From the NCBI GenBank assembly GCA_964270895.1, contig OZ185440.1: a stretch of DNA of 64,000 bases. The stretch is one strand, 5' to 3'. Source of the DNA: Podarcis filfolensis. Its lineage: Eukaryota. The position numbers were made by a program, and so were the translations under genes. Within the stretch, counting starts at the first letter, position 1; every line of letters starts with the position of its first letter. The notes below the pieces were generated by a model. It was not told the DNA's origin and ran no database searches. It saw nothing but the letters and a program-made list of their open reading frames with translations. This document shows positions 12,710 through 25,961 of the stretch, piece by piece.

Positions 12710-15293
12710 AAATTCATCTCTTGTTGCCATTATTTGCTTCAGCCTCTAAGGCACCCTTCCTGCAGAAGTTATTCCATTGAGCTCTCTGAGGATCAACCGT
12801 CAACATGGTTGTGAAATATGCATCTGCATGTGAATGCCAAGTGCAATTAAAGACTCCGAAATAAAAAAGTACTTTTAGTTTTAGCCTTTTTTTAACCCAG
12901 TGCACCATTATATTAAGAAGTTCATTTTTAACTCTCTGGGGTTGGCAATTGTCATCTGTCATTTATCTTTTCTGAAATGACACTTGTTTAAATTAGTTAT
13001 ACTTAGCAGAAACTGCAAGGAATATGGATATCTTTGAGTTTCTGGATTGAAGCAGTTGCTCTTGGGAAGCCCGCAATCCCTTTATAACCTTCTGCACCTT
13101 GTGCTTATAATCCTTGTTTTGTCTTCATTGATTTATTAATGCTCTTCTCACTCATAAGCATAGCATCTATCTGTGGTTTGCAGAGGGATAAATTAATTCT
13201 ACTTTATTGGTCACTTGCGGCTTACACAGGCTTTTAAGAGCACTTCATAATGTTCAACACAAGATGAATAAAGAGGATCTATACTAATTGTATTTATTTC
13301 AACTCACTCCACCAGACTATATTTCAGTTTATATCCAGTGCTTTGTTCTGTGTTCTACATTTAGCTCAGATTCAGTGCGCTCTCAAATGCTGATTATTAA
13401 GATCCCTTGAAGAAAAATAATAACTCTTACACGAGGAATGGGGATCATGTATCCCTCCTGGGGTTTCTGAGTCCCAGTCAGCATGGCCAATGGTCAGCGA
13501 TGACGGGAATTATATTCCAGCAACACCTGAAAGGCCAGAGCTCCCTCAGCCCTGTCCTACACAACACAAACTATCCTCAGCCCAAAAGTGCATTGCAGTC
13601 CTAACTTTGTGATGGGCAGAAATAAGTAAGTGACTGGGGTGGGGAACCCTGTGAAGTTCTGATCTGGAAAATTCAGGGACGAAGCCAACTACAGACCTGC
13701 CAACTGGCCCATTTTAAGCGGGACATCCCAGATCACAGAAGCCAATCCCAGCTTCAATCCTGGAATGTCCCATTTTTTGGTCTGGCGCTGTCCAATTTCT
13801 GGCCACCAGCCTCTTGGCCAATTTCTCCATGTAGTCTCTTGCTTGGATTAACTCCACCCACCAAGGCAGTCAGTTCTGTGATCACTCCTTTGAAATGTCC
13901 AAAGTTGACTCTAGTTTCACAACAGAAGCATCACACAATAGGGCTTGGTTTTCCAGTCATGTCTAGGCAGAGTTGTAGAGTGAGCTGGAATCCCACATCT
14001 GTAGGCTCTCCAGAGAGTTGTATTTTTTAAAAAAAACGTATTTAAATCTTTTTATTTAATTCCATCTCTGGAGTGTCTTGTTTGCTATCACTCTTGGTTC
14101 TTTTGTTGCTTATTTCCTTCTCTCTCTTTCCAAAATGTGGAAATCAAACAAAATCATTGTGATGACTCATTCTTAGAAATCAACAATTTCTAAATAAAAT
14201 GGGGGGGGGACGACTGCAGAAATAAATTAATTGTGAGAATCTTCACCTTTTTTCAATCCTGTTTGCTAAATGTGTTTCCGCTACCTGCTGTGATGCCATT
14301 TTTGTGTTTCTTTCTTCTCCCAATCAGGGATCACAATGGCTGGTGACCAGATTAGATATGTGCTACTGTATTTTGGTATTGCTGTACATTTGGGTATTGC
14401 TGCCTGAATCACTCACAAAGGAATCCCAGCCAATTAGGATCAACTCGTGAGGGGCATGACATCAGAATACTATGTCTCCAAGCAGATTTGGGTACAGGCC
14501 AAAGCAACTGCTTTACCTGGTTTAAATTATGCACCTGGTGTACCTTGTCTCAAGACAATACAGGAAAATGTTGCAAGGAAACAGATGACAAGCAAATGAA
14601 AAACGTCAACACAATATGCCCCTCTTCCTTTTATGCAGGATGTTCGATCAGATGCAGATAGACTTGTGGGACAAAGCAGGGTGATAAAGGCAGCCTGGAA
14701 TATTATGTCATTTTGCAAAGAGGTTTCCCCTGGAATTATATTAAGTGCAATGAAATGCTTAGTTGTATGTAAGAGCTGTGCAGAATAGTAAGATTCCCAA
14801 AAATCCTCACAACCTACGTCTGTAATATTAAGAGGATTCTCAGAAAACATGCCGATGCCATAGGTAAAAAATAATAATAATCACATTCCTTCTTGTCGAC
14901 TAAGACTAATGTTAATTCAAGTCATACAGTGAGGGTTCAAGGCCTACCAGTCTCCCTTGAGAACTCTGCCAAGCAACAACTGTCAGCTTACAGCAGCACA
15001 GAAGGCTATGGAATTATTATTTTTTAAGAAGACAGAGAATTAGTGAAACTATGAGAATAATCCCGTTCATTACAGAACAGAACTCTCTACATCGTATTGC
15101 AATAATGTATTTAAAATGTTAACATTCTGCAGGGAAATGCGTCAAATGCATTAAGGCTCACATCTCTCATTTAAGGAATAGAAGGAAAAGCATAGAAGCA
15201 CCAACATCTCTCGGATTTGTAAGGTTCCTATAAATAAACCCAACAGGCATTCTTGCTTCCCTTTAATATTACCCAGCAGAAAGACTTTATATC

Positions 15294-15557
15294 TGTTAAG
15301 TTGTGGGTGAACTTATCAGACGACACAGCAATTCTTCAAACAGCTCTTGTTTATTGACAGGCCAGAACAGAACTGGGCTGAAGGGTTCAGCCAGCCTGAT
15401 TATATAGAGCTCCACTAGAACACAACAGTAACCATTTTCTGTAACTATCCAATCACTGAACGTCACTTTCAATCCCTTATTTGCATATGTGGACCTGAGT
15501 GAAAACTATCTACAGTATCCCCCTGCTGGCCCAGGGTGAGAACTTCAGTACATAACA
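15294..15557 (-). mobile_element. Solo LTR, family A, copy 1
   Basis: TGTTA...TAACA termini; minus strand has ATGCAAAT, ATTGG, TATATAA, AATAAA in U3-R order; flanks ATATC and CCATC. Confidence 0.85.
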
Positions 15558-15879
15558 CCATCCATTGCTGTTTATTTCAAATGCAACATTAATGTATAGA
15601 ACCAAGCACATGTGTTCATGCAAGGCAATGCCAATGGGGGCTTCCAGACCCATCCCTTACTGAATAATTGCCATGTCCTTTTCATTCAAATTCTTCAGGG
15701 CTTCCAAACGACATCATCCTCCATTTGCAGTTGTTTCAGATTTTTTTCCAGGCTAATCACTTTGAACTACTTTGTTCCATATGACAGAAAACCTAATAAG
15801 TGAGAAAAGGGAGCTTTCTTGCTCCACACCCTCTGTGTGAAAGCTGTATGGTGGGATATAAGAATAAAAACATCAAAAG

Positions 15880-15948
15880 AACCATATCATTGTAGAGTTG
15901 GAAGAGACCCTGAGGGTCATCTAGTCCAGCCCCCTGCGATGCAGGAAT
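15880..15948 (-). mobile_element. CR1 LINE 3' tail fragment
   Basis: gagttggaagagaccctgagggtcatctagtccagccccctgc is the reverse complement of the CR1 tail seen at 57505-57557. Confidence 0.7.
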
Positions 15949-16837
15949 GTCAACTAGGTACTACATGACAGCTGGCCATCCAACCACAGCTAGTAGGACC
16001 AGTGGTCAGGGATGAAGGGAATTTTAGTCCAAAAACAGCTGGAGACCCAAGTTTGGGAAACACTGGTCTAAAAGGACCCCCTATGTACATTAACCTTCAA
16101 TATAAGCATTTTGCTATCGCAGTAATTCTATCCAAAGCACAATTAGATGTGGCAAAACTCACATTAGAAATTCCTTATAAGAGGCTAATTGAAAACCAGT
16201 TCAAACCCGTGGTGACAGATTGTTAAAAGGCCTTAATTATGGCAGGTTCAGAAATCGGAGGAAATTAGCCACCAACAAGGACTGCATTCTCAGAACGGCA
16301 GGTTGAGATGTTTTCAAACTGTAGTCCACAACATCTGGACCTGATTTTAGTTCATCAAAGTCAGAAGAAAAAACCTGTATTGCTGCCACAACCATCATTT
16401 CTGGCCATCTCATTACATGGAACGGTGAAGATACATCATGCCCATTGGCAGAAAAGCAACCAAAAATGACTAAGAGGCTTCAGGGATATGATCTATTAAA
16501 AAAGATGAAAAGCTCATTTCAGCTGTCATCAATATAAATACTCAAATCCTAGGCTTAAAGTCTGATCACAAGCAAATGGGATGTGATAACAGAGTAAAAA
16601 CATTTAAAGGGTATAAATGCCTAGGATGGATGATTCTGCACTGCAATGGGATGATGATGCATGGAGGGGTTAGACATCATTTCTTCCGGGGGGCGGGACT
16701 AATATTGCCCATTCTCAGGTTGCTACATGTTCTCCACTTCTCTGAGCAAAAAGAAGTTCTTGGGGGAGGAAGAGGGGGTTTGTTTCCTTTGGCCAACAGA
16801 GCACTAGAGGCTCCTGTGTCACTGAAATAAATATAAA

Positions 16838-17691
16838 TTATTATTATTATTATTAATAATACCCCGCCCATCTGGCTGGGTTTCCCCAGCCACTCTGGGC
16901 AGCTTCCAACAAAACACTAAAATACAATAACCTATTAAACATTAAAAGCTTCCCTAAACAGGGCTGCCTTCAGATGTCTTCTAAAAGTTTGGTAGTTATT
17001 TTTCTCTTTGACATCTGGTGGGAGGGCGTTCCACAGGGCGGGTGCCACTTCCGAGAAGGCCCTCTGCCTGGTTCCCTGTAACTTGGCTTCTCGTAGCGAG
17101 GGAACCGCCAGAAGGCCCTCGGCGCCGGACCTCAGTGTCCAGGCAGAACGATGGAGGTGGAGATACTCCTTCAGGTATACTGGACCGAGGCTTTATATAG
17201 ATCTTGGATCTAGGGCTTTAAAGGTCAGCACCAACACTTTGAATTGTGCTCGGAAACGTACTGGGAGCCAGTGTAGGTCTTTCAAGACCAGTGTTATATG
17301 GTCTCAGCGGCCGCTCCCAGTCAAGAGTCTAGCTGCCGCATTCTGGATTAGTTATAGTTTCTGGGTCACCTTCAAAGGTAGCCCCACCTAGAGCGCATTG
17401 CAGTAATCCAAGCGGGAGATAACTAGAGCATGCACCACTCTGGCGAGGCAGTCCGCAGGCAGATAGGGTCTCAGCCTGTGTACCAGATGGAGCTGGTAAC
17501 CGGCTGCCCTGGACACAGATTTGACCTGCGCCTCCATGGACAGCTGTGAGTCCAAAATGACTCCCAGGCTGCGCACCTGGTGCTTCAGGAGCACAGTTAC
17601 CCCATTCAGGACCAGGGAGTCCTCCACACCCACCCGTCTCCTGTCCCTCAAAAACAGTACTTCTGTCTTGTCAGGATTCAACCTCAATCTG
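16838..17691 (-). mobile_element. L2 LINE 3' portion (ORF2 C-terminus, 3'UTR and (TAA)n tail)
   Basis: [10 protein letters not shown]...SLGVILDSQLSMEAQV...LVISRLDYCNAL is typical of the L2 post-RT region. Confidence 0.9.
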
Positions 17692-17718
17692 CTTCATTTA
17701 CTAATAAACAAGCAGAGC

Positions 17719-18027
17719 CAGGGGTGAAGGAAGGGAGGTGCAGTGGGTATGGGCTGCCCCGGGTGTCACAACTGAAGGGGGTGACAAAATGCCAGGCGGC
17801 ACTCACCGCGGGGCCTGCAGCGCGCCCGAGCCATGCGTCTCTCCTGGGAGAGACACAGTGGCTTGGGCGCACGCAGGCTCCTCGCTGCCCAAACGGTCCG
17901 CCCGCTGCCTCCCCCCCAGCTGTAGGGCAGCTGAGTGGGAGGAGACAGGCAGACTCTGGAGCCCCCGTGGTGTGTCCCACCCCTGGACGCACTGCCCCAG
18001 GCGCCCAAGCAGCTTCCTCCACCGCTA
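17719..18027. mobile_element. hAT-type MITE with 8-bp TSD AGCAGAGC
   Basis: Terminal inverted repeats (TIRs) CAGGGGTGAAGGAAG and CTTCCTCCACCGCTA; identical 8-mers at 17711-17718 and 18028-18035. Confidence 0.85.
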
Positions 18028-20496
18028 AGCAGAGCATAGTAGAAGGAAGTGAGCACCCCTGGAGCAGGCAGCAGTTCCTCAGATGACAACTTACGTAGCT
18101 GCACCCTCACTTATAGCTGAGGCAAGTTAGGAAACTTTCAGCTCTTTCTCTTTTCACCCAAACTGCTGTTCCCCTCTCGCTTTCAAACATATACTCTGAG
18201 GTCCCATAATTGCAGATAAATTGCTCATCCAGGGAACCATCCGCCATTATTAAGACTCTCCTTTGTCATCCTTTCCCACACTGAGTGAAATCATGAACCC
18301 ATCCTAGCTCTCCCTCTCAACATGCTGCCAGTTCCCCCTTCCTTTGTACTCTCCCAGTCTGGCTACTATCCCCTTTCCTGGATTGCCACAGCAACCATCT
18401 TCCACATCCACAGCTATTACCGAATAAACTGCACACATTAGTCATCAGAATTATTCAGGTTAATCACGGACCCAGAAAGTTAAATGTCTTTTAAGGGAGT
18501 TGAAAGGCTCTTTTTCAAGTGTTACAGTTCCATACAGTTGCTGGCCTTTCCACCGCACGGAAGAACACAACCCTTTAAAAAATAAAACGTATGTTTAAAT
18601 AAATACAAATTAATAAAAGGTTCACGAAATGACACAGACAAAGGGCTAAAAAAGCGGTGCCACTTGGCACTAATTACATCACGCCCAATAATCTATCAGG
18701 TACCCTTGACAAATACAATTCCCACAGCAATCACAGTAGCAACGAGTACGCTATGTGAGTAAACATTTCATCTTGCCAGCTACAAAACACAGCAGTTTTG
18801 AGAGCTCGGGAAATATAATATCTTTGCCAGTAAAGTGCATTCTCTGGGAAACATAGGAATACTATGCGCAACAAATACACATTTATTACACAACTGCATG
18901 AACTGAACATGTTTGCATGAACTGAGACAACATTTCCTGTATTTATACAAAAGAGTTTCTACCTGGTAAACTGCCTTAAAATTAAGATGCTTTAGGCTGC
19001 AACATCATGCTGTCAGTAGAACTTCTAAATAAAATCAGGATAATGTCTCACAACAACAAACCTTTTCAAACAGAGGGCTAGATCTGGCTTCTTTCAACTC
19101 CTGTTTCCAATTACTCTGTGGCAGGCATCGTTTTAGACATATTTAATTATATTTATTAATATATATATATATACTGATGTTACCTTTTAGCGTCAAACCC
19201 TCCAAAGGCGGCTTCCAGTAATGCATCACACAACACATAGCCTCTCCTTGGAAGCAGCTGAGTTTTGTTAAATCCCCTAATGACCCAAAAGTGTCTTCTT
19301 TTTTTGACAATGATGAACTTAGTACAAGATATGAATGTCTTTAATAGTGGTCAAATGCCTCTGCAATTTTAAATATGGAGAGCTGATCGCAGTGGCGGGG
19401 GGGGGGGGTCGGTTTCCTTAGAAGTTCCCAAATATTCATATTCCCATCGCCACCAGTAGCAATGACTTGAACAGAAAGCTTCATGATATAAAGGAGGTGA
19501 TGAAAGGAAAATTGAGGTCTGTGATGTTCCTTTCATGTACACTTATAAGAGTAGGTGCAGGGAAAACATTTTATCTTTCTGCTTTCCAGATTTCTCTGTT
19601 TTCTCCTGCTTGAATAATATATCCTACAGAGAACCAGCAAAAGGTATTTATAGCACGGAACGCAGTAAGCCCGTTGCCAGGCCCTTTGTTCCTGTGAATC
19701 GTAGACTTGCATCGTGCTAGCTTTGCACAACAGCCTTGGAAACAGGAATTTAGTCATGGAGAAACCCAATTTTAGGGCCCAAACAGGCAGTTTTGATGGT
19801 CACGATATAAATAAAATTACTGAAATGGGGGTTTTATTACTTCTTTCACGTCTGAAGCTTTAATGAGTTTGTTTGTGTGCCCTCAGGGTGAAATGATGCC
19901 ACAGGCAGAGGCCTACGTAAGTCCAAACACTGAAAGTGGTACTGTACTCGATTTCTGAAAGGTTTCAACTTTCCAGAGCATATGATATATTCCAAATATC
20001 TGTTCCCTAGCCATGCAGCTTCACCTCCTTAACCATTCCAAATTTTCATGTGTTTTTAGTAGTCACTCAATCATTGTGGGTCTCAGCATCTTCTCTCTTT
20101 TGGGTAATTATCAAAGATACATCTAAGCGACTTTTCTTCATTGCAACTGTAGCTGTTATATTCTTTACAAAATCTGGAATAACTCCATAGAAGATTCCAT
20201 TTAGACAGTGGGACTGCTCTGTTCACAAGTAAATGGTAGCAGAAAAGGAAAAGGCTGACAAAAAAGAATTGTAGGTTTTTACAGCTACTTGTTCATGTCT
20301 CCTGTACTTCACCTCAGCTTTTAATGACTCCAAATAATCTTTCTCTCAGTTCCATTTTTAGCCTAAATTATAGCCCAATTAATCTTCTGTTTAAATAGGC
20401 TTTGGGGGTCACTATTGTTCTCCATACAATTGTTTGTGTGCACACAGACACCCACACCAAATGAGAAGAAAGACACTTTGGGGGCTCCCAGGTCAG

Positions 20497-20498
<2 letters not shown>

Positions 20499-20528
<30 letters not shown>
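20499..20528. repeat. (GATT)n microsatellite
   Basis: Direct reading. Confidence 0.9.
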
Positions 20529-20529
<1 letters not shown>

Positions 20530-20756
20530 CAGTGTCCACATGCCATTCTGGCATCAAAATTTCAGCCAGCACCCCACCATCCTCAATTTACCTTGGATTT
20601 ACCCTGGAAAAATCTGAAAAGCTACAAAATCCTGTTGTGGACCCACTCACAGTGAAACACACACACACATACACACACCCCAAGGGAGCAAGGCCTGAGC
20701 GAAGAAAGTGAACAAACTGGACAGGATAATCATGCAATGGCCCAGTGGGGTGGAAA

Positions 20757-20830
20757 AGAAGAGTTTGGATTTGATATCCCGCTACCCGAAGGAGTCTCAA
20801 AGCAGCTAACAATCTCCCCTCTCCTCCCTA
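20757..20830 (-). mobile_element. Squam3-type SINE 3' end fragment
   Basis: gaagagtttggatttgatatcccgct...ggagtctcaaagcagctaac matches the body of the SINE at 12504 and the tail at 29945-30045. Confidence 0.75.
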
Positions 20831-22213
20831 CGCATGTTCTTCTGGGGGTTCTCCCACCTCACCCCCTGGAGCCAATTTGGGGGGTGGGGAGCGGAGGAAG
20901 GGGGGAAGGGGGGAAGCCCTATTGCTCTGGCAGAAGTCCTTGCATGCCCTTCCACTAGGAGGACCAGTTAGCTGAATATGACCCTCCATATTCAGAGGTT
21001 TGCTGCCTCCAGTACTGGAGACAGAACATAACCACCATGGCTGATGGCCATTGATAGCCTTATCTTGAATTTGCCATATGTGTGGAGAACAGACACCCAC
21101 CCACCAGGTCTCTGGTTCTGAGGTGCTGTAGCCACTACAGTGCAGTGTGGCTAAGAAACGTCCATGCAAATGAAGGCACGAGGCTACGCAGAGACAGACT
21201 GTTTCAGTTCCCAGTGACTCTCACCAATTCCTGTGGGGTGAAATAAATGGAGGTGGGACCCACACCAGATACATAATTATGTCAACAGGAACAAGGACCA
21301 GAGGGCAGCCCTGCTTCATTAACATCTAGCATGTAAGTTAGAGATGGGGATGTTGTTGGACTCCAACTCCCATCAGCCCCAGGCAACATGGCCAACAAGC
21401 AGGGATGATGTGAGTTGGAGCCCAAACAACGCATGAAAAGCCCCCGTTTTCCCATTCCTCTTCAAAGTGGCTGCCTCTCACTCCTACAGGAAATGAATGA
21501 GGGCAAAGCCATCTTAAGGACCACCACCACCCCCTTCACACCCGTCCTGCTTGTCATGATGTGCATTTTGCTGGTCCTATATTAATTCCACTTCTGTTTA
21601 TCTGAAGTGGAATTAAGATTATTAGCTGACTGCTTCAATAACAGACATTTCAGTACTAATACATAACTGTCAAGTATAACAACATCTGGCAGAGTTCTGT
21701 TTAGCCGGACAAATTGTTAAGAGTCAATGATTACAACCTGCAATAAACAGAGATTAGCAACTTATTATTGTACTGAATTAATGTTTTGCGGCTTTTAGGA
21801 CCTGTGTGGGCTGACTGTTCCACTGAAATGTTTCAGTGCCATGGAAACGCCGGTAGATATTTTCTCTTAATTGCATGAATGGCTGACAGATAACAGTGCA
21901 GCACTGTGGAATTAAGTCCTTGATTGCTGGTGAATTGTGCCCAGAGTGGGGAGCAAAGAGAGCTGCACACTGAATTGGCATGAAGGAAGGCCACAGCTTG
22001 GTTGCAAATGTACAGACATCCAAACAGCTGGGCTCCACCAAGACACAGGCAGACCTGAGGTTCCAGTTGCCTTAGACCAAGTCAGAACACTGGTCCATAT
22101 ATCATAGCATTGCCTCCAAGGTTTCAGGCAGGAGTCTTTCTGAGCCTGACCTGAAGATGCCAGGGATTGAATGCAGATGCTCTGTTGCTGAACTACGGGC
22201 TTCCCCTGTACTA

Positions 22214-22430
22214 ATGTGCTTTTTTTTCTTTTTTTAAAAAAATGTTTAGGGGTACTCTCATTTTGACTCAAGAAAATCACCATTTCATAGTTTGAATCAG
22301 GAAAAATAAATACAGTAAATGGACAAAAGTACAAAGATTCATAAAATGTTTAGGGGTATGTACAAAGATTCATAAAATGTTTAGGGGTATGCGTAGCCCT
22401 GCGTAGCCCGCCCCCCCAGAAAAAAGCACT
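22214..22430. mobile_element. Probable DNA-transposon MITE with an internal 31-bp tandem duplication (22329-22390)
   Basis: Termini GTGCTTTTTTTTC and AGAAAAAAGCACTG are inverted; gtacaaagattcataaaatgtttaggggtat occurs twice. Confidence 0.55.
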
Positions 22431-23154
22431 GAATGTAACCCAGCCTACAAGCTTTCGATAGCATAACAGGGAGGCAGTTTATTACTCAGGAAAGAGCACA
22501 CCAAGATCCCTGGCAAGTAGCTGGAATACCTTGCGTGGTATTATTCAGTTTGCTGACAAACAGAAAGTCATCCAGGTAATAGGGAATGTGACCAAGCCCT
22601 TTTTTTCCCCACAAAGAAAATCAAATATTTAATAGCAGCTTCCAGAAGGGGAGGAGTCCACATGTATTTGGAGCAGATATGCACAGCAAAGAAGAAAAAC
22701 CACTGGCATCCGAGGGGTGCAGGGGGCACAAGGATCTCAAAACTGCTCCAACAGAGTTGTCTGCATGCACTCAGGATCAAGCCCCATAACTCAAGTTTGC
22801 TCTGGGGTTGATTTTAAAGTGCAAGCTTGTTTGTGCATCATCTCACTCACACAAAACAATGGCATGGTTAGTTGTCCTGTGTCCCAGCATTTTAGATACC
22901 AACTTTTATTAAATAAAGTTACCCTATGTAAATCGACATTAAAAAGCCTTTTTGACAGTCACTGGGAAAGAAGGTGAACGTTTTGAATGCAGCACAAGTT
23001 ATCGAGCAACCCCATGGATGTGACTTTGTTGTAGCAGTACTTCCCTCAAAAAGAATTCTAACAAGGTAAAGCCTGCAGAACCACAGGAAGCAACCAGAAG
23101 CCATTTATATATTAAAAAATCATACATGTAAAATTCACTGTCCCAGAACTGGGT

Positions 23155-23510
23155 TGTGAGTCCTGGAAGACCTGCTCCCTGCCTTGCAGACCCTTTTTTT
23201 CACCTGGCTGGGAGAACAGGGCCCTGACTGACTCCAGCTACAAAACTTGAGGCTTCTGAACAGAATATTGGGCCGGGGTATTGTTTATGGAGGTTGTGGT
23301 GTGGGTTGTTACTGTTAATTTTTTGTACCTTCATTTTGGATCTTGTGATTTGGGTCTTATGATTTATGTGGAAATTGTTCAATTTGGTCGTGTACTTTTT
23401 GATGTTTTGTCTGTTGTTAATGACCGCTTGTGTTATATTTGTAGCTATATAATTTTAAATGCCTTGAGCATGGCTTTAACTTTAGAAAGGCAACGTACAA
23501 ACAAAATGAT
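23155..23510 (+). mobile_element. Old dispersed repeat with L2-like 3' end, copy 1
   Basis: Shares gtcctggaagacctgctcc...gactgactccagctacaaaa and the terminal gccttgag...ggctttaac...gaaaggc with 34790-35405. Confidence 0.55.
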
Positions 23511-24569
23511 TGATTGAAGAAGCTCACATTAGTTACAGTGCCTCTTTGAAAAGCGGGTCTGACATCATAGTTCTTTACACTCAAAACTTTTGTGTTTAGC
23601 GAGTCCAGGTGCCTAAAAGTAGAATTTCTAAGGATAAAGGGGGGGGGGGAATCAGCATGGATCTTCAAATCACTGGGCCTGTGCAGCTCAAACTCCCAAC
23701 TGGGAAAGTAAAGATTAATATAAGTACAGCATGACTTGGTCTGATCATTGAGTAAAAGAGTGTTAATTCCCTGTGCAGCTAATGCTCAATCTGAATTCAA
23801 ATCATTATAGCTCAATCAGCTCCCATGCCTAATAACAGCAGTATTAATGTCCCCAAACCAGTAATATTAACATTAATAATTGGCGTTATTAGCACATGTC
23901 AAAGGGAGAACTACATTCCTTGGATTGCAAGCCAAGCTCAGTTAAGGAACAAGACCTTATAGCCAAGAGAAAGTCTCTGGTAACAAGAAACTTATTCTTA
24001 GTACCCTTTAAATGAGAATTGTTTTTTCCCCTAATGGTTACCATGAAGCTTTACGCCCCCAGAAACTGTTCTCTGACTAGATGGATGTGGGTAGTTTGGC
24101 ACACTTCCGTAGCATTACTCAAATCTGTTGGATTTTATTTTCACCTCATTACATTACTCTTACCATCTTCGACAGTTCTCATATTTTAAATTCATTTGTA
24201 GTCTAAATTTAGACCTGTCGAAAGTGGAGAAACCGAGGTTTGGGTGGGGGAAGTATGCCTCAAAACCAACTTAATTATAACCGCATATATTGTCATAAAT
24301 TTTCATAACACTGTATAAAAGCTTATATAAGCACCTTCCTGATAAATAACAAAGAGCAGCAGGAATAGACGATATACAAGGAACGGGTAAAAAGGGAGAA
24401 AAGTGTTCCTTCTGTCATAGATCTTCTTAAAAAAAAAATCTATTGAAAATACCAGATTAACTGAAATATGGACTTTAATTTGTCAGGAGGATTTCATCAA
24501 TCCCCATATTGGAAGATAAGAAATAATTCTTTACTTAAAACAAAAGAGGAAGTATTTCTCTGGTCTATG

Positions 24570-24814
24570 TGTTAAGTTGTGGGTGAACATATCAGACGAC
24601 AGCGATTCTTCAAACAGCTCTTGTTTATTCACAGGCCAGAACAGAACTGAACAGAAGGGTTCAGTCAGCCTGCTTATACAGAGCTCCAGTACAATGTAAC
24701 TGTAACAACTTTCTAAAACTATCCAATCACTGAACGTCACTTTCACTCCCTTATTTGCATAACTATCTACAGTATCCCCCTGCTGGCCCAGGGTGAGAAC
24801 TTCAGTACATAACA
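24570..24814 (-). mobile_element. Solo LTR, family A, copy 2, TSD CTATG
   Basis: TGTTA...TAACA termini; CTATG at 24565-24569 and 24815-24819. Confidence 0.92.
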
Positions 24815-25141
24815 CTATGTGTCTTAATTCTCTTGCTTATTTTATGAGCCTAGTAATCATTGGTGGTCTAGATCCTAGGCCAAACTCTCAACTCTCACTA
24901 TGAAGTTGTCCTGCCCTTCCCTATTCCTGCTATGGAACTGCCCTGCCCCACCTCCCATTGTACTGAAACTTATCAGCAGTCTGCTTTGGGTGGTGGCTGT
25001 GATCACAGCAGCATCTCACCCAGTGGGGCAGAGCCACAGCCACCACTACCAGTTGCATATACTGGCCAGGGAAGAGTGAGGCAGAGATGATGTCCTAACT
25101 CGCTACCTCTCCCCGCCACCAACCTCAAAGTGGGTTTAAGT

Positions 25142-25277
25142 CAGGCATAGCCAGACTTGGCCCTCTGGATGTTTTGGGACTACAACTCCCATCATCTCTA
25201 GCTAACAGGACCAGTGGTCAGGGATGATGGGAATTGTAGTCCCAAAACATCTGGAGGGCCCAGTTTGGCCATGCCTG
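25142..25277. mobile_element. Palindromic hAT-type MITE
   Basis: About 55-bp inverted arms (CAGGCAT...ACTACAACTCCCATCATC and GATGATGGGAATTGTAGT...ATGCCTG); 8-bp flanks GTTTAAGT and ATTTAAGT. Confidence 0.85.
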
Positions 25278-25961
25278 ATTTAAGTGAAACAAGTTACATG
25301 GCAAAACTAGACCAAGATATAAGCTACAAACTAGGTGCGCAGCAGAATCGGATCAATCCCAGGCTGAAGTGGGATGTTTTGGGCAGCAAAGATCTTCTGA
25401 AATGCCTTGTGTTATTTTGTCAGGTTTTGGGGGATCTGATCCCTCCCACGGTGGCAGTCAAGAAGCAGATAAACCAGAAGAATTCTTACCAAGTCTTTTG
25501 TTTAGTATTCACAGAGAGCATTATCTTAGATAATGGCGTTGCTCCGGGTAAAGTCCCACCTCCTCCGTCTCTACTATTATACGTCATCCCTGCACCAGCT
25601 GATCTGTGCTTTCTGCCTCTAAGCTTTCTGTTCTTCTACTCTCAATGCACGCCAGGTCCTGGGAGAGGGGGGGTCAGGAATGCTTTCTAAAGACACTGAG
25701 CCGGTCAGCTGTTTTTCCCCTGGTGCGTCTTCTTCCTGCTGCCCCTCTCCTAATATTTCCCAGCTTCTCCCCTCTGCAGCCTCTGAACTACAACCTTCTG
25801 CAAACCACTGTTTGTAAATCTATACTGTCCTCCTCTTCTCAGGAAGGTTCAGGAAGAGGGGGGTGGTCCATCCATTTCTCCTCAGTCCAGCCCCGACGTG
25901 CTTTGGATGCATAGATAATAGAAAAAATGCTGCATACAACTTTGCTGCACAAGTGCAGGAC

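Noticed and set aside
14300-14800. Unique-looking stretch that might be a conserved non-coding element
   Set aside because: No CpG anomaly, repeat signature or coding signal can be shown without an alignment.
17388-17687. 99-aa ORF on the minus strand
   Set aside because: Fragment of the post-RT region of L2 ORF2; 5'-truncated and non-autonomous.
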